Positions 52,004 through 61,189 of a stretch of 64,000 nt of DNA are shown here, piece by piece (positions within the stretch are counted from its first letter, which is position 1; every line of letters starts with the position of its first letter). A model generated the notes under the pieces. That model searched no databases. It had not been told where the DNA came from and saw only the letters and a program-made list of their open reading frames with translations. The stretch is from an uncultured cyanobacterium. Lineage in GTDB: Bacteria > Cyanobacteriota > Cyanobacteriia > CAKZMO01. Location: the NCBI GenBank assembly GCA_963719515.1, contig CAVRCJ010000020.1, positions 1-64,000 of the forward strand, read 5' to 3'. Made by a program: the position numbers and the translations under genes.

Positions 52004-52542
52004 CAGACTCTACGGGCGAAGGCATCAGGCGAGATGCCAAGGACGTTTAGGCGATACGTTAACACAGCTTCAGACACCCCAAAGTGGACCATCGCCGACA
52101 CCAGCGACTCCCCTCGCCGCTGCAGATGGGCAATTTCAGGGGCCGGCATGAGCAGATTGGCCGCGAATTCGTCGGCGAACAGATTTTCTGGATCTTGGGC
52201 TGAGGCAGGTCTGTCTCGCAAATTCACGTAGTTATATTCCCCGCCCGTCGTCCCCTCGGACACGCGCTTAGAGTAGTGGCCCAGCTCGTGGGCACAGGTA
52301 AACCGCTTACGCTGGTTGCTGTCTTGGTAATGAATCACGATCGTCGGGTCTTTGCCCGCTTCCTTCAGCAGAGCCCCTACAACCGGGTCAGGCAGATCTG
52401 TTTCCAGCACATGGAGGCCTAGCCTCTTGGCAATGGTGACGGGATCTACCGGAAACCCAGCATTGTGCCACACCTCATCTAGCATCTGCTCTGCCATCAT
52501 TTTGGCTTGACGGTTAATTGCGGGAATAGCAGGCTGCACCAT
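52003..52542 (-). CDS. ImmA/IrrE-family metallo-endopeptidase (DUF955)
   Basis: PVDPVTIA..LG, RKRFTCAHELGH, FADEFAANLLMP, FGVS. Confidence 0.92.
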   Translation of the reverse strand: MVQPAIPAINRQAKMMAEQMLDEVWHNAGFPVDPVTIAKRLGLHVLETDLPDPVVGALLKEAGKDPTIVIHYQDSNQRKRFTCAHELGHYSKRVSEGTTGGEYNYVNLRDRPASAQDPENLFADEFAANLLMPAPEIAHLQRRGESLVSAMVHFGVSEAVLTYRLNVLGISPDAFARRV

Positions 52543-52786
52543 AGAATTTTCCTCCCGACGCTTCGCACGCTTATCTCGCAGGTGATGTAGGCGGCGATGA
52601 GAGCTTAGCTTTCGCTAACGCGATCGCCATAGGCGACATGCCCCTCATCATACCGGACGACCTGGCTTAAACAGCGCAAAAAAATCCCCGGCTAAGGCCA
52701 GGGATAGGAGGTTAGGCATAATTAAAGCATTCACAACAGATGGAGAGTGGGCGGGATAAAACGCGAATTTTATTCCGCCGCGCTCC

Positions 52787-54067
52787 CTACCTCAAAAGCC
52801 ACTCTTGGACCGCTTCTTCCTTGGTATTGGTGCGGCGCTCGGGCGTTTCACGGTTGAACTTCATGTGGACAGAGCGGTTTTGCTCTCCGTCAGCGGCGAC
52901 CGCCATGATGGGGTAGTCAATCTGACCATCCTGGAAAGACATCTGGAAGCGGAAAGTGCCGTCGGGGTTGAGCTTGATGGGCTGCCCGCCGATAGTCACC
53001 GTTGCGTCAGGCTCGGTCGCACCGTAGACGATCAGCTCAGCGTCGGCCACCAGCCAAAACTGGCGGGGACGGATGGGCGGCATTGATGCCGCGAGGCCCG
53101 CGCCGGACATAGTCAGACCCACGCCGGACATATTTCCAGACATGTTCAGGCCCGCGCCAGACGCTGACCACAACCCCATGCCCGATGGGAAGACAAACGA
53201 GCTCACGGTCTGTTCAGGCACCTGGTGCATTGAGCCGAATAGAGAACCGGCGACGCGCTGCGCTTCAGCGGACTTAGCCATACCAAAGACCGTACCGTAA
53301 AGCTCGTTGCTCCCCGCTGCCGCTGGGGCTGCGCCGGACATGCGCTGGCTGGGGGAAACCAAATTCGCGTAGGTCTTACCGCGGATGTCATCTTCCCAAT
53401 CAACGGTCAGGAACTGATCTTCGACCCAGTCAGACGGGTAGACAGGGGGAATGCGAACCGGGGCAGACCGGGTCAGCATCAGCCAGCGGCCATCCATGGT
53501 GAGGTAGCCAATTTCGACAGCGTAGTCGCGATCGCTGATGGGAACGGGCAGGTACCACTCCCGCGCTAGCTCATCGCACTCATACTGCTGCATGCTGTGG
53601 GAGCGCTGGTAATTGAGGTCGAGATTGGTGACGTCGTAGAAGCGCAGGGCTAGGCGAACGCCACCTTGCCGGCGGAGATCTTCTTTGTGGTCGTTGGGGA
53701 CGTCCCAGTAAACGTAGGCCCACTGGGGGTCGCGGGGCAGCAGGACAACGCGGCTCTCACCGTAGCCCTCGGGTAGGTCGGGTAGAGACTCATCGACATC
53801 TGCCAGCATGACCATCGGATCGGCGACCTGCCCCACGTCAAACTTAGCGGCCTCGACGGTCTCTTGAGCCGTGTGTTCGAGCTGGGTCGTCGGTAAGGGG
53901 GCTGAGGGGCTGGTTGTGGGAGCAGTGCGCGCTTGCTGGGCCTCTCGAATTGCGACGATTAATTGGTCCTTGCGCATGCGGCTGTAGCGAGACACGCTGT
54001 ACTCACTGGCCACTAGGCGCAGCTGGCGCAAAGTCAATTCGTCGAGTGGGACATGGGCCTGAGTCAT
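52787..54067 (-). CDS. DUF4912 domain protein with N-terminal Rho_N-like domain
   Basis: LTLRQLR.VA..YSRMRK, LPEGYGESRVVLLPRDPQWAYVYWD, ADAELIVYGATEP. Confidence 0.88.
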   Translation of the reverse strand: MTQAHVPLDELTLRQLRLVASEYSVSRYSRMRKDQLIVAIREAQQARTAPTTSPSAPLPTTQLEHTAQETVEAAKFDVGQVADPMVMLADVDESLPDLPEGYGESRVVLLPRDPQWAYVYWDVPNDHKEDLRRQGGVRLALRFYDVTNLDLNYQRSHSMQQYECDELAREWYLPVPISDRDYAVEIGYLTMDGRWLMLTRSAPVRIPPVYPSDWVEDQFLTVDWEDDIRGKTYANLVSPSQRMSGAAPAAAGSNELYGTVFGMAKSAEAQRVAGSLFGSMHQVPEQTVSSFVFPSGMGLWSASGAGLNMSGNMSGVGLTMSGAGLAASMPPIRPRQFWLVADAELIVYGATEPDATVTIGGQPIKLNPDGTFRFQMSFQDGQIDYPIMAVAADGEQNRSVHMKFNRETPERRTNTKEEAVQEWLLR

Positions 54068-54085
54068 ATAGATACCTCCTAAAAC

Positions 54086-54123
54086 TGCGAATTTAATAGT
54101 TGCGACTTTATAGTTGCGACTTT
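54086..54123. repeat. Direct repeat ATAGTTGCGACTTT x2 plus a degenerate third copy
   Basis: Copies at 54096-54109 and 54110-54123; TGCGAATTT at 54086; upstream of the DUF4912 gene RBS. Confidence 0.8.
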
Positions 54124-54485
54124 AATAACGTCTTGACTTGACTATCTCTCAACCTTCTCAGTGTCTTCGAGAAGCACGTCAAAACCGGATGAACCAAATA
54201 AGCAATTATGCTCACTGGGATCGCGTCCTTGGCTCTTATATTGCAAAAGATGACGGCAAAAATCAAGTAGCGATCCCCTTGATTTACCGCGATCCCACGA
54301 ATTAATGAGCAAAGCGGGGATCGTATTGTCATGATTTGTTGATATTTAGGGATCTCCGGGATCGCTTTTGGGGATCGCTCTATCTTGGTTTCCTGACCGC
54401 TACAGCCTTTGATCAAGAAGAAATCGATTGAGAGGCTGAAAGGCTGCATGGCGGGCGATACTGGCGGTAGTATCACGCCATCCCA

Positions 54486-55178
54486 ATGCGTCAGCCTCAA
54501 ATTGTCCGTTCACTGCTTACCTCAGCCCTCCAGCTGTGGCTACGATCGCTCGTTACCCAGGCAAAGACCCTCAATATCGACATTCACGCTAACGATCGCC
54601 AGCTGCTGAAAGGACATATTCCCCAAGTCTTTGTAGAGGCGGAGGAGACCGTCTATAGAGGGCTTCACCTCTCACAGCTGACGCTGAACGCCACCCATAT
54701 TCGCGTCAATCTAGGACAGATTTTGCGCGGTAAGCCGGTTCAGCTGCTGAACCCTATTGTCGTGGGGGTTCAAGCCTGGATCAGCGCGGCCCATCTCAAT
54801 CACTCCTTGGACTCCGATCTCTTATCCTCAGCGACAAACACATTGGCCGAGCTGCTGCTGCCTCAAACGCCACTGCAGATAGCGCACCTCGATCTCAAGC
54901 CTGAGCAGCTGATTTTATGGGGTACTCCCATCGCGCCACGGGAAAGAGGGCCAGAAGGCGCGGCCCCATCCATCGCACTTTCAACCCAGGTCACAGGTCA
55001 AGCCTCAACCCTCTGCTTCAGCGCCGTTCAGCTCCTGGCCCATCCAGCCTACGCCAGCCAAAACCTGCCCCACGCGCTTCCTGACCGGTTACTCCCCTTA
55101 GGAGACGTCGTCCTAGAAAGGCTCGCTATCACAGCGGACGCGATCGCCCTAAAGGGTGAAATTAAGGTTCTGCCATAG
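54486..55178 (+). CDS. DUF2993/LmeA-like protein
   Basis: ALQLWLRS.V, RQLLKG.IP.V, YRGLHLS, VNLGQILRGKP. Confidence 0.75.
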   Translation: MRQPQIVRSLLTSALQLWLRSLVTQAKTLNIDIHANDRQLLKGHIPQVFVEAEETVYRGLHLSQLTLNATHIRVNLGQILRGKPVQLLNPIVVGVQAWISAAHLNHSLDSDLLSSATNTLAELLLPQTPLQIAHLDLKPEQLILWGTPIAPRERGPEGAAPSIALSTQVTGQASTLCFSAVQLLAHPAYASQNLPHALPDRLLPLGDVVLERLAITADAIALKGEIKVLP

Positions 55179-56487
55179 CCTTTGGCCCAGCGCGTCGCCC
55201 TGCAGGACCCGAAGGGTAGGTGCGCCCTTTCCAGGCCCCGCCTCGCCCTTGAAGATGGCGGCGGGCGGAGTCTAGGGTCATCAAGGTGTAGAGCGCAGCG
55301 ATCGCAGGCAGAGCGAAGGCAAACCGCCAAGAGCAGTGGTAAAACCGCACAATCGGCCAGTAGGCTACGCTCATAGCAAGCCAGCCCATTAGCCCCAATA
55401 GCGCCACCCACCCCTGACCACTCAGCAGGCCCATCAAAAAGCTTAGGGGGGGAACCAGGTACACCACAATCATCCCCAGCACGGACCCTGTTAGCAGGAA
55501 GGGAGAATAGCGCAGCTGCGTGTATGCCGTGCGAGCCACCATGTCCCAAATGCTCTTTAACGTCGGGTAGGGCCGCAGGCTACAGATGCGATCGCTCAGC
55601 CCAATCCAAATGGGAAAAAAAGGCGGTCCCTCAGACTGGGTGTGCTTGACCGCCGCCGCCAGCGTGCAGTCATCAATCAGGGCCTGCCGAATCGCAGCGA
55701 TACCCCCGATGCGCTTGAGGGCTTCGGGGCGGAGCAAGACGCAGCCTCCTGCCCCCGCCGCCGTAGCGCGATAGAGATTGTTCGTCCAGCGAAACGGATA
55801 TAGCTTTTGAAAAAAGAACACAAAGGCCGGAATCAGCAGCTGCTCCCAGGCGCTTTCGCAGCGCAGCCGCACCATTACGGAGGCCATCTGCAGCTGCTGC
55901 TGTTGGGCCAAAGTCACCAGCTGTCGAAGGCTTTGGGGTGAGTGACGAATGTCGGCGTCTGTGAGCAACAGATAGTCAGGCGCGGCTTGGGCCAAGACAT
56001 GGTCTGTACCCTGCTGCAGCGCCCACAGCTTGCCGGTCCAGCCGGGAGGCAAAGGCTGAGCAGCCAACACCTCAAGCGGTGTTGTTCCTCGCGGAGCGTT
56101 CACGGACTGTGCCCGCTGGGCGATCGCCTGAGCCGCTGCGGCAGTATTGTCCGTGCTGTGGTCGTCCACCAACAAAATCGAGACGGTGCCCGCGTAGTCC
56201 TGGTTCAGCAACGAGGGCAAAGAGTGGGGCAGAACGTCTGCCTCGTTACGGGCAGGAATAATTACCTGAATGGAGGGCAGCGGCTGGAGCACCGCGCCAG
56301 AGCCAGAATCTTCTGACTCCAGCGACGCTAGCTCAGCCGATTCTGACTCTAGCCGAGGGCTTGTCTGCCAAAACCAGCCCCGACCCACCAATAGGTAGAT
56401 CCAAATAAAAAGAGGCAAACCGGCAACAGCAATAGCAATCACATCGTCATCCTCACTGTAGATCTCATCGGGACTAAGCACACTCAA
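55162..56487 (-). CDS. GT2 glycosyltransferase, HpnB-like (start probably GTG at 56442)
   Basis: IPARNEA, VDDHSTD, GWTGKLWA, TDADI, FFFQKLYPF, LIDDC, WDMVARTAYTQL. Confidence 0.85.
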   Translation of the reverse strand: MSVLSPDEIYSEDDDVIAIAVAGLPLFIWIYLLVGRGWFWQTSPRLESESAELASLESEDSGSGAVLQPLPSIQVIIPARNEADVLPHSLPSLLNQDYAGTVSILLVDDHSTDNTAAAAQAIAQRAQSVNAPRGTTPLEVLAAQPLPPGWTGKLWALQQGTDHVLAQAAPDYLLLTDADIRHSPQSLRQLVTLAQQQQLQMASVMVRLRCESAWEQLLIPAFVFFFQKLYPFRWTNNLYRATAAGAGGCVLLRPEALKRIGGIAAIRQALIDDCTLAAAVKHTQSEGPPFFPIWIGLSDRICSLRPYPTLKSIWDMVARTAYTQLRYSPFLLTGSVLGMIVVYLVPPLSFLMGLLSGQGWVALLGLMGWLAMSVAYWPIVRFYHCSWRFAFALPAIAALYTLMTLDSARRHLQGRGGAWKGRTYPSGPAGRRAGPKAMAEP

Positions 56488-56694
56488 CGATGCGGACTCT
56501 TAGCGACCACCTTGTTATCTGTCCCTCAACAGTAGATAAAGTGCGACAACGTTCCCTACACTGAAAAGCTGGTGCTCAGCGCATTGTCCTCCTGTCGCGG
56601 TGACTAGACTATGCCACGGCGACCTATCACTGCGCACATCCCCCTAAAATCATATACACAGAAATCGCCCACAGCCTCATAGGAGAAGCCCTCT

Positions 56695-57585
56695 ATGTCT
56701 GATCTAAACCAACCGTCAGCCTGGCATCGGTCGAAGGCCCTGCGCCGCGGCGCAGCGGCGAGTCTACTGCTCTGCGCCCTATTAAGCGTTAGCGCCTGCT
56801 CTAGCCCCGACCCTGCTGGCCAGGAGACCTCCTCTGAAGTAGAGGCGGACGGAGGTGTGGACGCTGGAGATCCGCAGACAAAGCAGGCCAGACAGGCTAG
56901 CGGCACCCTCAAGCGTCTGCTAGATCTCAGCGGCAAAGTCTACAACAGCGCCTACCGCAACAACTGGCAGAAATCAGCGTCGCAGTTTAACCGCCTGCAG
57001 GACTTGGGCGATCGCCTCGATAATTTGGTGGCCAGTGGAGCGGTCGATGGCCTCGACGTTGAAGCTCTGCTGCTGCAGATTGATACTTTAGAAGATGCCA
57101 TCGTCTCCGAGCAGCAAATTCCCGCGATGGTGGCGGCCAACAATCTGGCCGAAACTGGATTAACGGCTGCGCAGACCCTTGACCCAGAAGGCGACTTCCT
57201 TGACCTGGCACAGTTCGCCTATTATGGCCGGCAGCTAGAGATTGTGACCTTCGGTCTTGAAGGCGATGCCGGCACCGACATCGATCCCGACGAAACAGAG
57301 ACCCTCAAGCAGGCGGCGGATCAAGTGGTCCAGGCTTGGGATACTCTAGACACTCCTGAGGCGAGTTCGACGGAGACTCCTAGCCTAGAGACAGACACGC
57401 CCGCGGCGGCGACAGCGCCCTCAGGCGGTGCGTCCTCGGAGCAGCCAGAGGGCGAGGTGGACACCGTGACCGGCGTCGGCACAGCCGTCAACCAGCTGCG
57501 CTATGCGCCAAACGAGAACTACGCAGCTCTGGCCCGCAGGATTGTTTTAGGATCTCAGAAAATGCTGGCGGAGCAGCCCAAATAG
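56695..57585 (+). CDS. Putative lipoprotein
   Basis: LSVSAC lipobox; acidic helical body; GGAG RBS. Confidence 0.75.
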   Translation: MSDLNQPSAWHRSKALRRGAAASLLLCALLSVSACSSPDPAGQETSSEVEADGGVDAGDPQTKQARQASGTLKRLLDLSGKVYNSAYRNNWQKSASQFNRLQDLGDRLDNLVASGAVDGLDVEALLLQIDTLEDAIVSEQQIPAMVAANNLAETGLTAAQTLDPEGDFLDLAQFAYYGRQLEIVTFGLEGDAGTDIDPDETETLKQAADQVVQAWDTLDTPEASSTETPSLETDTPAAATAPSGGASSEQPEGEVDTVTGVGTAVNQLRYAPNENYAALARRIVLGSQKMLAEQPK

Positions 57586-57679
57586 GGCTTCGCTGTCGCT
57601 CTGCTCAAACTGGCGGCAGTCTTGGTAAAGTAATGTCGAATGCTCATCGTTCCGAGACTTTTCACTTCTACTGTTCTCC

Positions 57680-58468
57680 ATGCTTAGACGACACACCGCT
57701 GCCCTCACCTTTACCTTGATTGGAGGTCTACTTGGTTCAGCATCAGCGAGTCAAGCTAGCCCAATTCTACTGGCTCAAACCGCAGGGGACACCTGTGGTC
57801 TGACCACCGGCAACACCGTCATCTATGACCAGCCCAGACGAGACTCGCCTATCGTCGCGCAGATAGCGCAAGCGGGGCGACAGCTCTCTCTCGACCCCGA
57901 CTTCGCTACGGGAGACTGGATACGCGTTACAACCCCGTCCGTCGCCGGATTTACGCTGGCGCGCTATCTAGAGGGCTGCGGTGCGACAGCTGCAGAGGCC
58001 ACGGCGGATGCTGACGAATCGTCCAGCGCCGTCTCCAACGCGACGCCCGGCGTCATCGGTAGCTGCGCCACTGCCATAGCCGACCGAAGTTCCTCTCAGC
58101 TCAGCGTCAGGACGGAGGCGGGCGCTACAGCGTCCTACAACGCGATCGCGGCTGGAGCCAATCTAATCTTGAGCGCTGAGCCCGCCCTTTATAGCCCTGA
58201 GCAGGGCCGCTACTGGCGTAAAGTACTGGCCTATTCGCCGCTTCAGGCAAGCCGCTCTAGAACCGGTGAGGCCTGGATATCCGAGACAGGACCCAATACC
58301 CCTCGGCTGATTCACAACAGCTCCGGCATCCTGGTCAACCGGCAGGCAGAGGCCTACCCTGACCTCAACATTGTCCGTCGCCCCTGCGACACCTTGTTTC
58401 CCAACGCCAGCATCATTGAAGGGCGGCCCCTACCCCGAACCCTACCCACCGGATACCGTACGCCGTAG
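57680..58468 (+). CDS. Secreted hypothetical protein with probable SH3-like repeats
   Basis: Signal peptide; two modules ending WIRV...GF and WRKV...AWIS. Confidence 0.6.
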   Translation: MLRRHTAALTFTLIGGLLGSASASQASPILLAQTAGDTCGLTTGNTVIYDQPRRDSPIVAQIAQAGRQLSLDPDFATGDWIRVTTPSVAGFTLARYLEGCGATAAEATADADESSSAVSNATPGVIGSCATAIADRSSSQLSVRTEAGATASYNAIAAGANLILSAEPALYSPEQGRYWRKVLAYSPLQASRSRTGEAWISETGPNTPRLIHNSSGILVNRQAEAYPDLNIVRRPCDTLFPNASIIEGRPLPRTLPTGYRTP

Positions 58469-58479
58469 GCGCTCCTGAC

Positions 58480-59770
58480 CAAAAAAACTGGGTCTCAAGC
58501 CCCGCCCTTTAGGGCGGCTTTTGTAGGACAATTGTATTTATGAAGTGCCGCTACCAGTACCGCGTCTATCCCACGTCCGGACAGCAGATCAGCTTAGCCA
58601 AGCTGTTTGGCTGCTGCCGTGTCGTGTGGAACGACGCCCTAGCACTGTGCAAGGAGTCGGATTCGCTGCCTAAGAATGGCGACCTTCAGAAGGCTTGCAT
58701 CACGCAGGCCAAGAAAACGGTTGAGCGCCAGTGGCTGAGCGAGGTATCAAATATCCCGCTGCAGCAGTCCATCGCCGATTTGGGCGTAGCGTTCAAAAAC
58801 TTCTTTGATTCGCTCAAAGGCAAGCGCAAAGGACCAAAGGTGATGCCGCCCCGGTTCAAGCGCAAAGACAATCGCCAGTCGGCGCGATTCCGCAAGGGCG
58901 GCTTCTCGCTCAAGGGCGACAAGGTCTATCTAGCCAAAATTGGCAACCTCAAGGTGCGCTGGTCGAGGCCGCTGCCGTCTGAGCCGTCATCCGTCACCGT
59001 CATCAAGGACAGAGCAGGCCGCTATCTTCTGAGCTTCGTTGTCGAAGTGCAGCCGGTCCACATTCCCGCCAAGAACCAAAGCGTGGGTGTGGACTTGGGT
59101 ATCAAGACGTTCGCGGTGCTCAGCAGCGGCCAGCGCGTTGAGTCTCCTGGTTACGACCGCATTGGCCGCAAGATACGCCGTGAGCAGCGCAAGCTGAATA
59201 GGCGCTTCAAGGGGTCGAAGCGCCGTGAGCGCACCCGGCTGCGCATCGCTAAGCTGAAGGCCAAGCAGCGGGACATCCGCAAGGATTTTCTGCATAAGCT
59301 CTCGACCTGGCTAATTCGCAACCATAGCGTTGTGGCTATTGAAGACCTGAACGTGTCCGGCATGGTCCGCAACCGCAAGCTGGCCCGCGCTATAGCTCAA
59401 CAGGGCTGGCGTGATCTGCGAACCATGTGTGAGGCCAAGGCCGCGATGATACTGGAACGCGAGGTATCGGTCATCAGCCGGTGGGAGCCGACTAGCCAGA
59501 AGTGTGCCGACTGCGGCTACCGCTGGGGCAAGCTGGAGCTGTCGGTGCGAGAGCTGGTCTGCCTTGGCTGTGGCAAAACCCAAGACCGAGACGGCAATGC
59601 TAGCCGCAATATTGAAACGTCTGGGCTGGAGCTAGCCCGAGACTCTAAACGGACGCGGAGCGGGCATAAGACCTCGTCAGGGGCAATTCGCGCTGAGGCG
59701 TCCACCCGTCGGGAGTCCACCTAGTGGGCAGACCGGGAATCCCCGCTCTTCAGGGCGGGGAGGATGTCAA
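58480..59770 (+). mobile_element. IS200/IS605-family element, TnpB-only (IS1341-type, non-autonomous)
   Basis: Left end CAAAAAAACTGGG..AAGCCCCGCCCTTTAGGGCGGCTT after CTGAC; right end CCCCGCTCTTCAGGGCGGGG-AGGATGTCAA; no tnpA; no TIR or TSD. Confidence 0.88.
58540..59724 (+). CDS. tnpB: RNA-guided endonuclease TnpB
   Basis: YQYRVYPT..LFGCCRVVWN, VGVDLG, AIEDL, CADC..CLGC zinc finger, DRDGNAS. Confidence 0.95.
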   Translation: MKCRYQYRVYPTSGQQISLAKLFGCCRVVWNDALALCKESDSLPKNGDLQKACITQAKKTVERQWLSEVSNIPLQQSIADLGVAFKNFFDSLKGKRKGPKVMPPRFKRKDNRQSARFRKGGFSLKGDKVYLAKIGNLKVRWSRPLPSEPSSVTVIKDRAGRYLLSFVVEVQPVHIPAKNQSVGVDLGIKTFAVLSSGQRVESPGYDRIGRKIRREQRKLNRRFKGSKRRERTRLRIAKLKAKQRDIRKDFLHKLSTWLIRNHSVVAIEDLNVSGMVRNRKLARAIAQQGWRDLRTMCEAKAAMILEREVSVISRWEPTSQKCADCGYRWGKLELSVRELVCLGCGKTQDRDGNASRNIETSGLELARDSKRTRSGHKTSSGAIRAEASTRREST

Positions 59771-59790
59771 ACCATCAGCGCCTTTATCAA
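59600..59790 (+). ncRNA. Predicted omegaRNA (reRNA) scaffold plus guide from the right flank; 5' boundary approximate
   Basis: Inferred from TnpB biology: scaffold overlaps the tnpB 3' end up to TCAA (59770), and the guide is the flank ACCATCAGCGCCTTTATCAA. Confidence 0.5.
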
Positions 59791-61189
59791 AAGCGTGCGG
59801 GGGTCGGACCCCGACGCGGCGCTCTACTGGCTGGCGCGTATGGTCTACGCTGGGGAAGATCCGCGCTTTTTGTTTCGCCGCTTAGTTGTTTTGGCCAGCG
59901 AAGATGTTGGTCTAGCCGACTCCAACGCCGTCGCTGTAGTCACCGCCTGCGCCCAAGCCTTCGATCGCGTCGGGATGCCAGAGGGCCGCTATCCCCTAGC
60001 CCAAGCGACGCTGTACCTGGCCACCGCCCCTAAGTCCAATACCACCATGGGCTTTTTCGACGCCTTGGCCGCCGTCGAGCGCGAGCAGACCGAGGTGCCG
60101 CCCCACCTTCAGGATGCCAACCGGGATGCCGCGATGGGCCATGGGCAAAATTACCTCTATCCCCACGCCTACCGAGACCATTGGGTGGCCCAGCAGTACC
60201 TGCCGGATAATCTCCAGGACCAGGTGTTTTACCAGCCCTCTTCCCAGGGCGATGAAGGCCGCCTCGCGGCCCAAGTACAGCGACGACGGGAGGCCCAGCT
60301 CGCTGCTGTCACGAACGAGGCAATTTCCGAAATTCTCACCCTCAGCCCAGAAGACGCCGCTACCGATCGCTGGATTCAGCGATCGCTATCTCAAACCAGC
60401 GCTCACCTAGCCCAGGTGCGCGATCGCCTGTTTGATCACCTGCAGCCCCAGCGCCATCACGTGCTGCTGTGCGTCAATGCCCTTGGGTTGCTCGTCTGGG
60501 AAGCGGTGCGGCGCGTCCCGGAGGGCGGGGTGTATGCTGCGGTGACGGAGGCGGAGCGAACCGCACTGGAGGAGCAAGCCCAGCTGTTGCCAGAGCTGCG
60601 GCAGCCGATGATTTTGCCAATCCTGGTGCGCATAGCTGACAAGCATCCGAACATCGCATTTGACGGTATCGTAGGCCGCAATCTGCTGCTAGGCGCTGCC
60701 GATAAAGCCGTCACCGCTGCCGCTCTCGCTTCAGTGACGGGGCCTGATACCACTATCCTGCTGGCCGAAAGTTTGCCTAAAGATTCGCAGCGAATTTCTC
60801 AGCTTTTGGCGCTGCCTGCTGGGGTAGGCGATCACCTCACAGAAGCAGAGAATGCTTTATACGACAGTGATCCGAACTTAGCTTGGGGACAGAGCGACCT
60901 CATTCAGCTCTTCGAGGCCGCACCCCTGTCGGCTCAGGTCGAGGTCGAGCGCATGACGGTTGAGGTGTACTTGTCGCCTAGGCTTGTTAACCGCTGGGTA
61001 GAACCGGGACAAGAGCAGCCCAGCTACCGCGATCGCCTTGCGCCTCTCTTGTCGCCGCAGGATTTAGAGGCGGTGTGTCGGGGGCTGCGATCGCTTATCC
61101 ATCAGACCGTGAACTGGGAAACTCAGGTCGCGTTCGTGCGTCTCACGGCAACATCACACCGACAGCACAGACAACGGGGGGATGGTTGA
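59771..61189 (+). pseudogene. rarA: 5'-truncated replication-associated recombination protein A (MgsA C-terminal part plus long extension)
   Basis: In frame from the first base after the IS: TISAFIKSVRGSDPDAALYWLARM..ASEDVG..APKSN..YLYPH; AAA+ Walker motifs absent. Confidence 0.85.

Noticed and set aside
58480..59770. IStron (self-splicing group I intron + tnpB) rescuing rarA
   Set aside because: There are only 60 nt between the left end and the tnpB start, leaving no room for a group I intron core.
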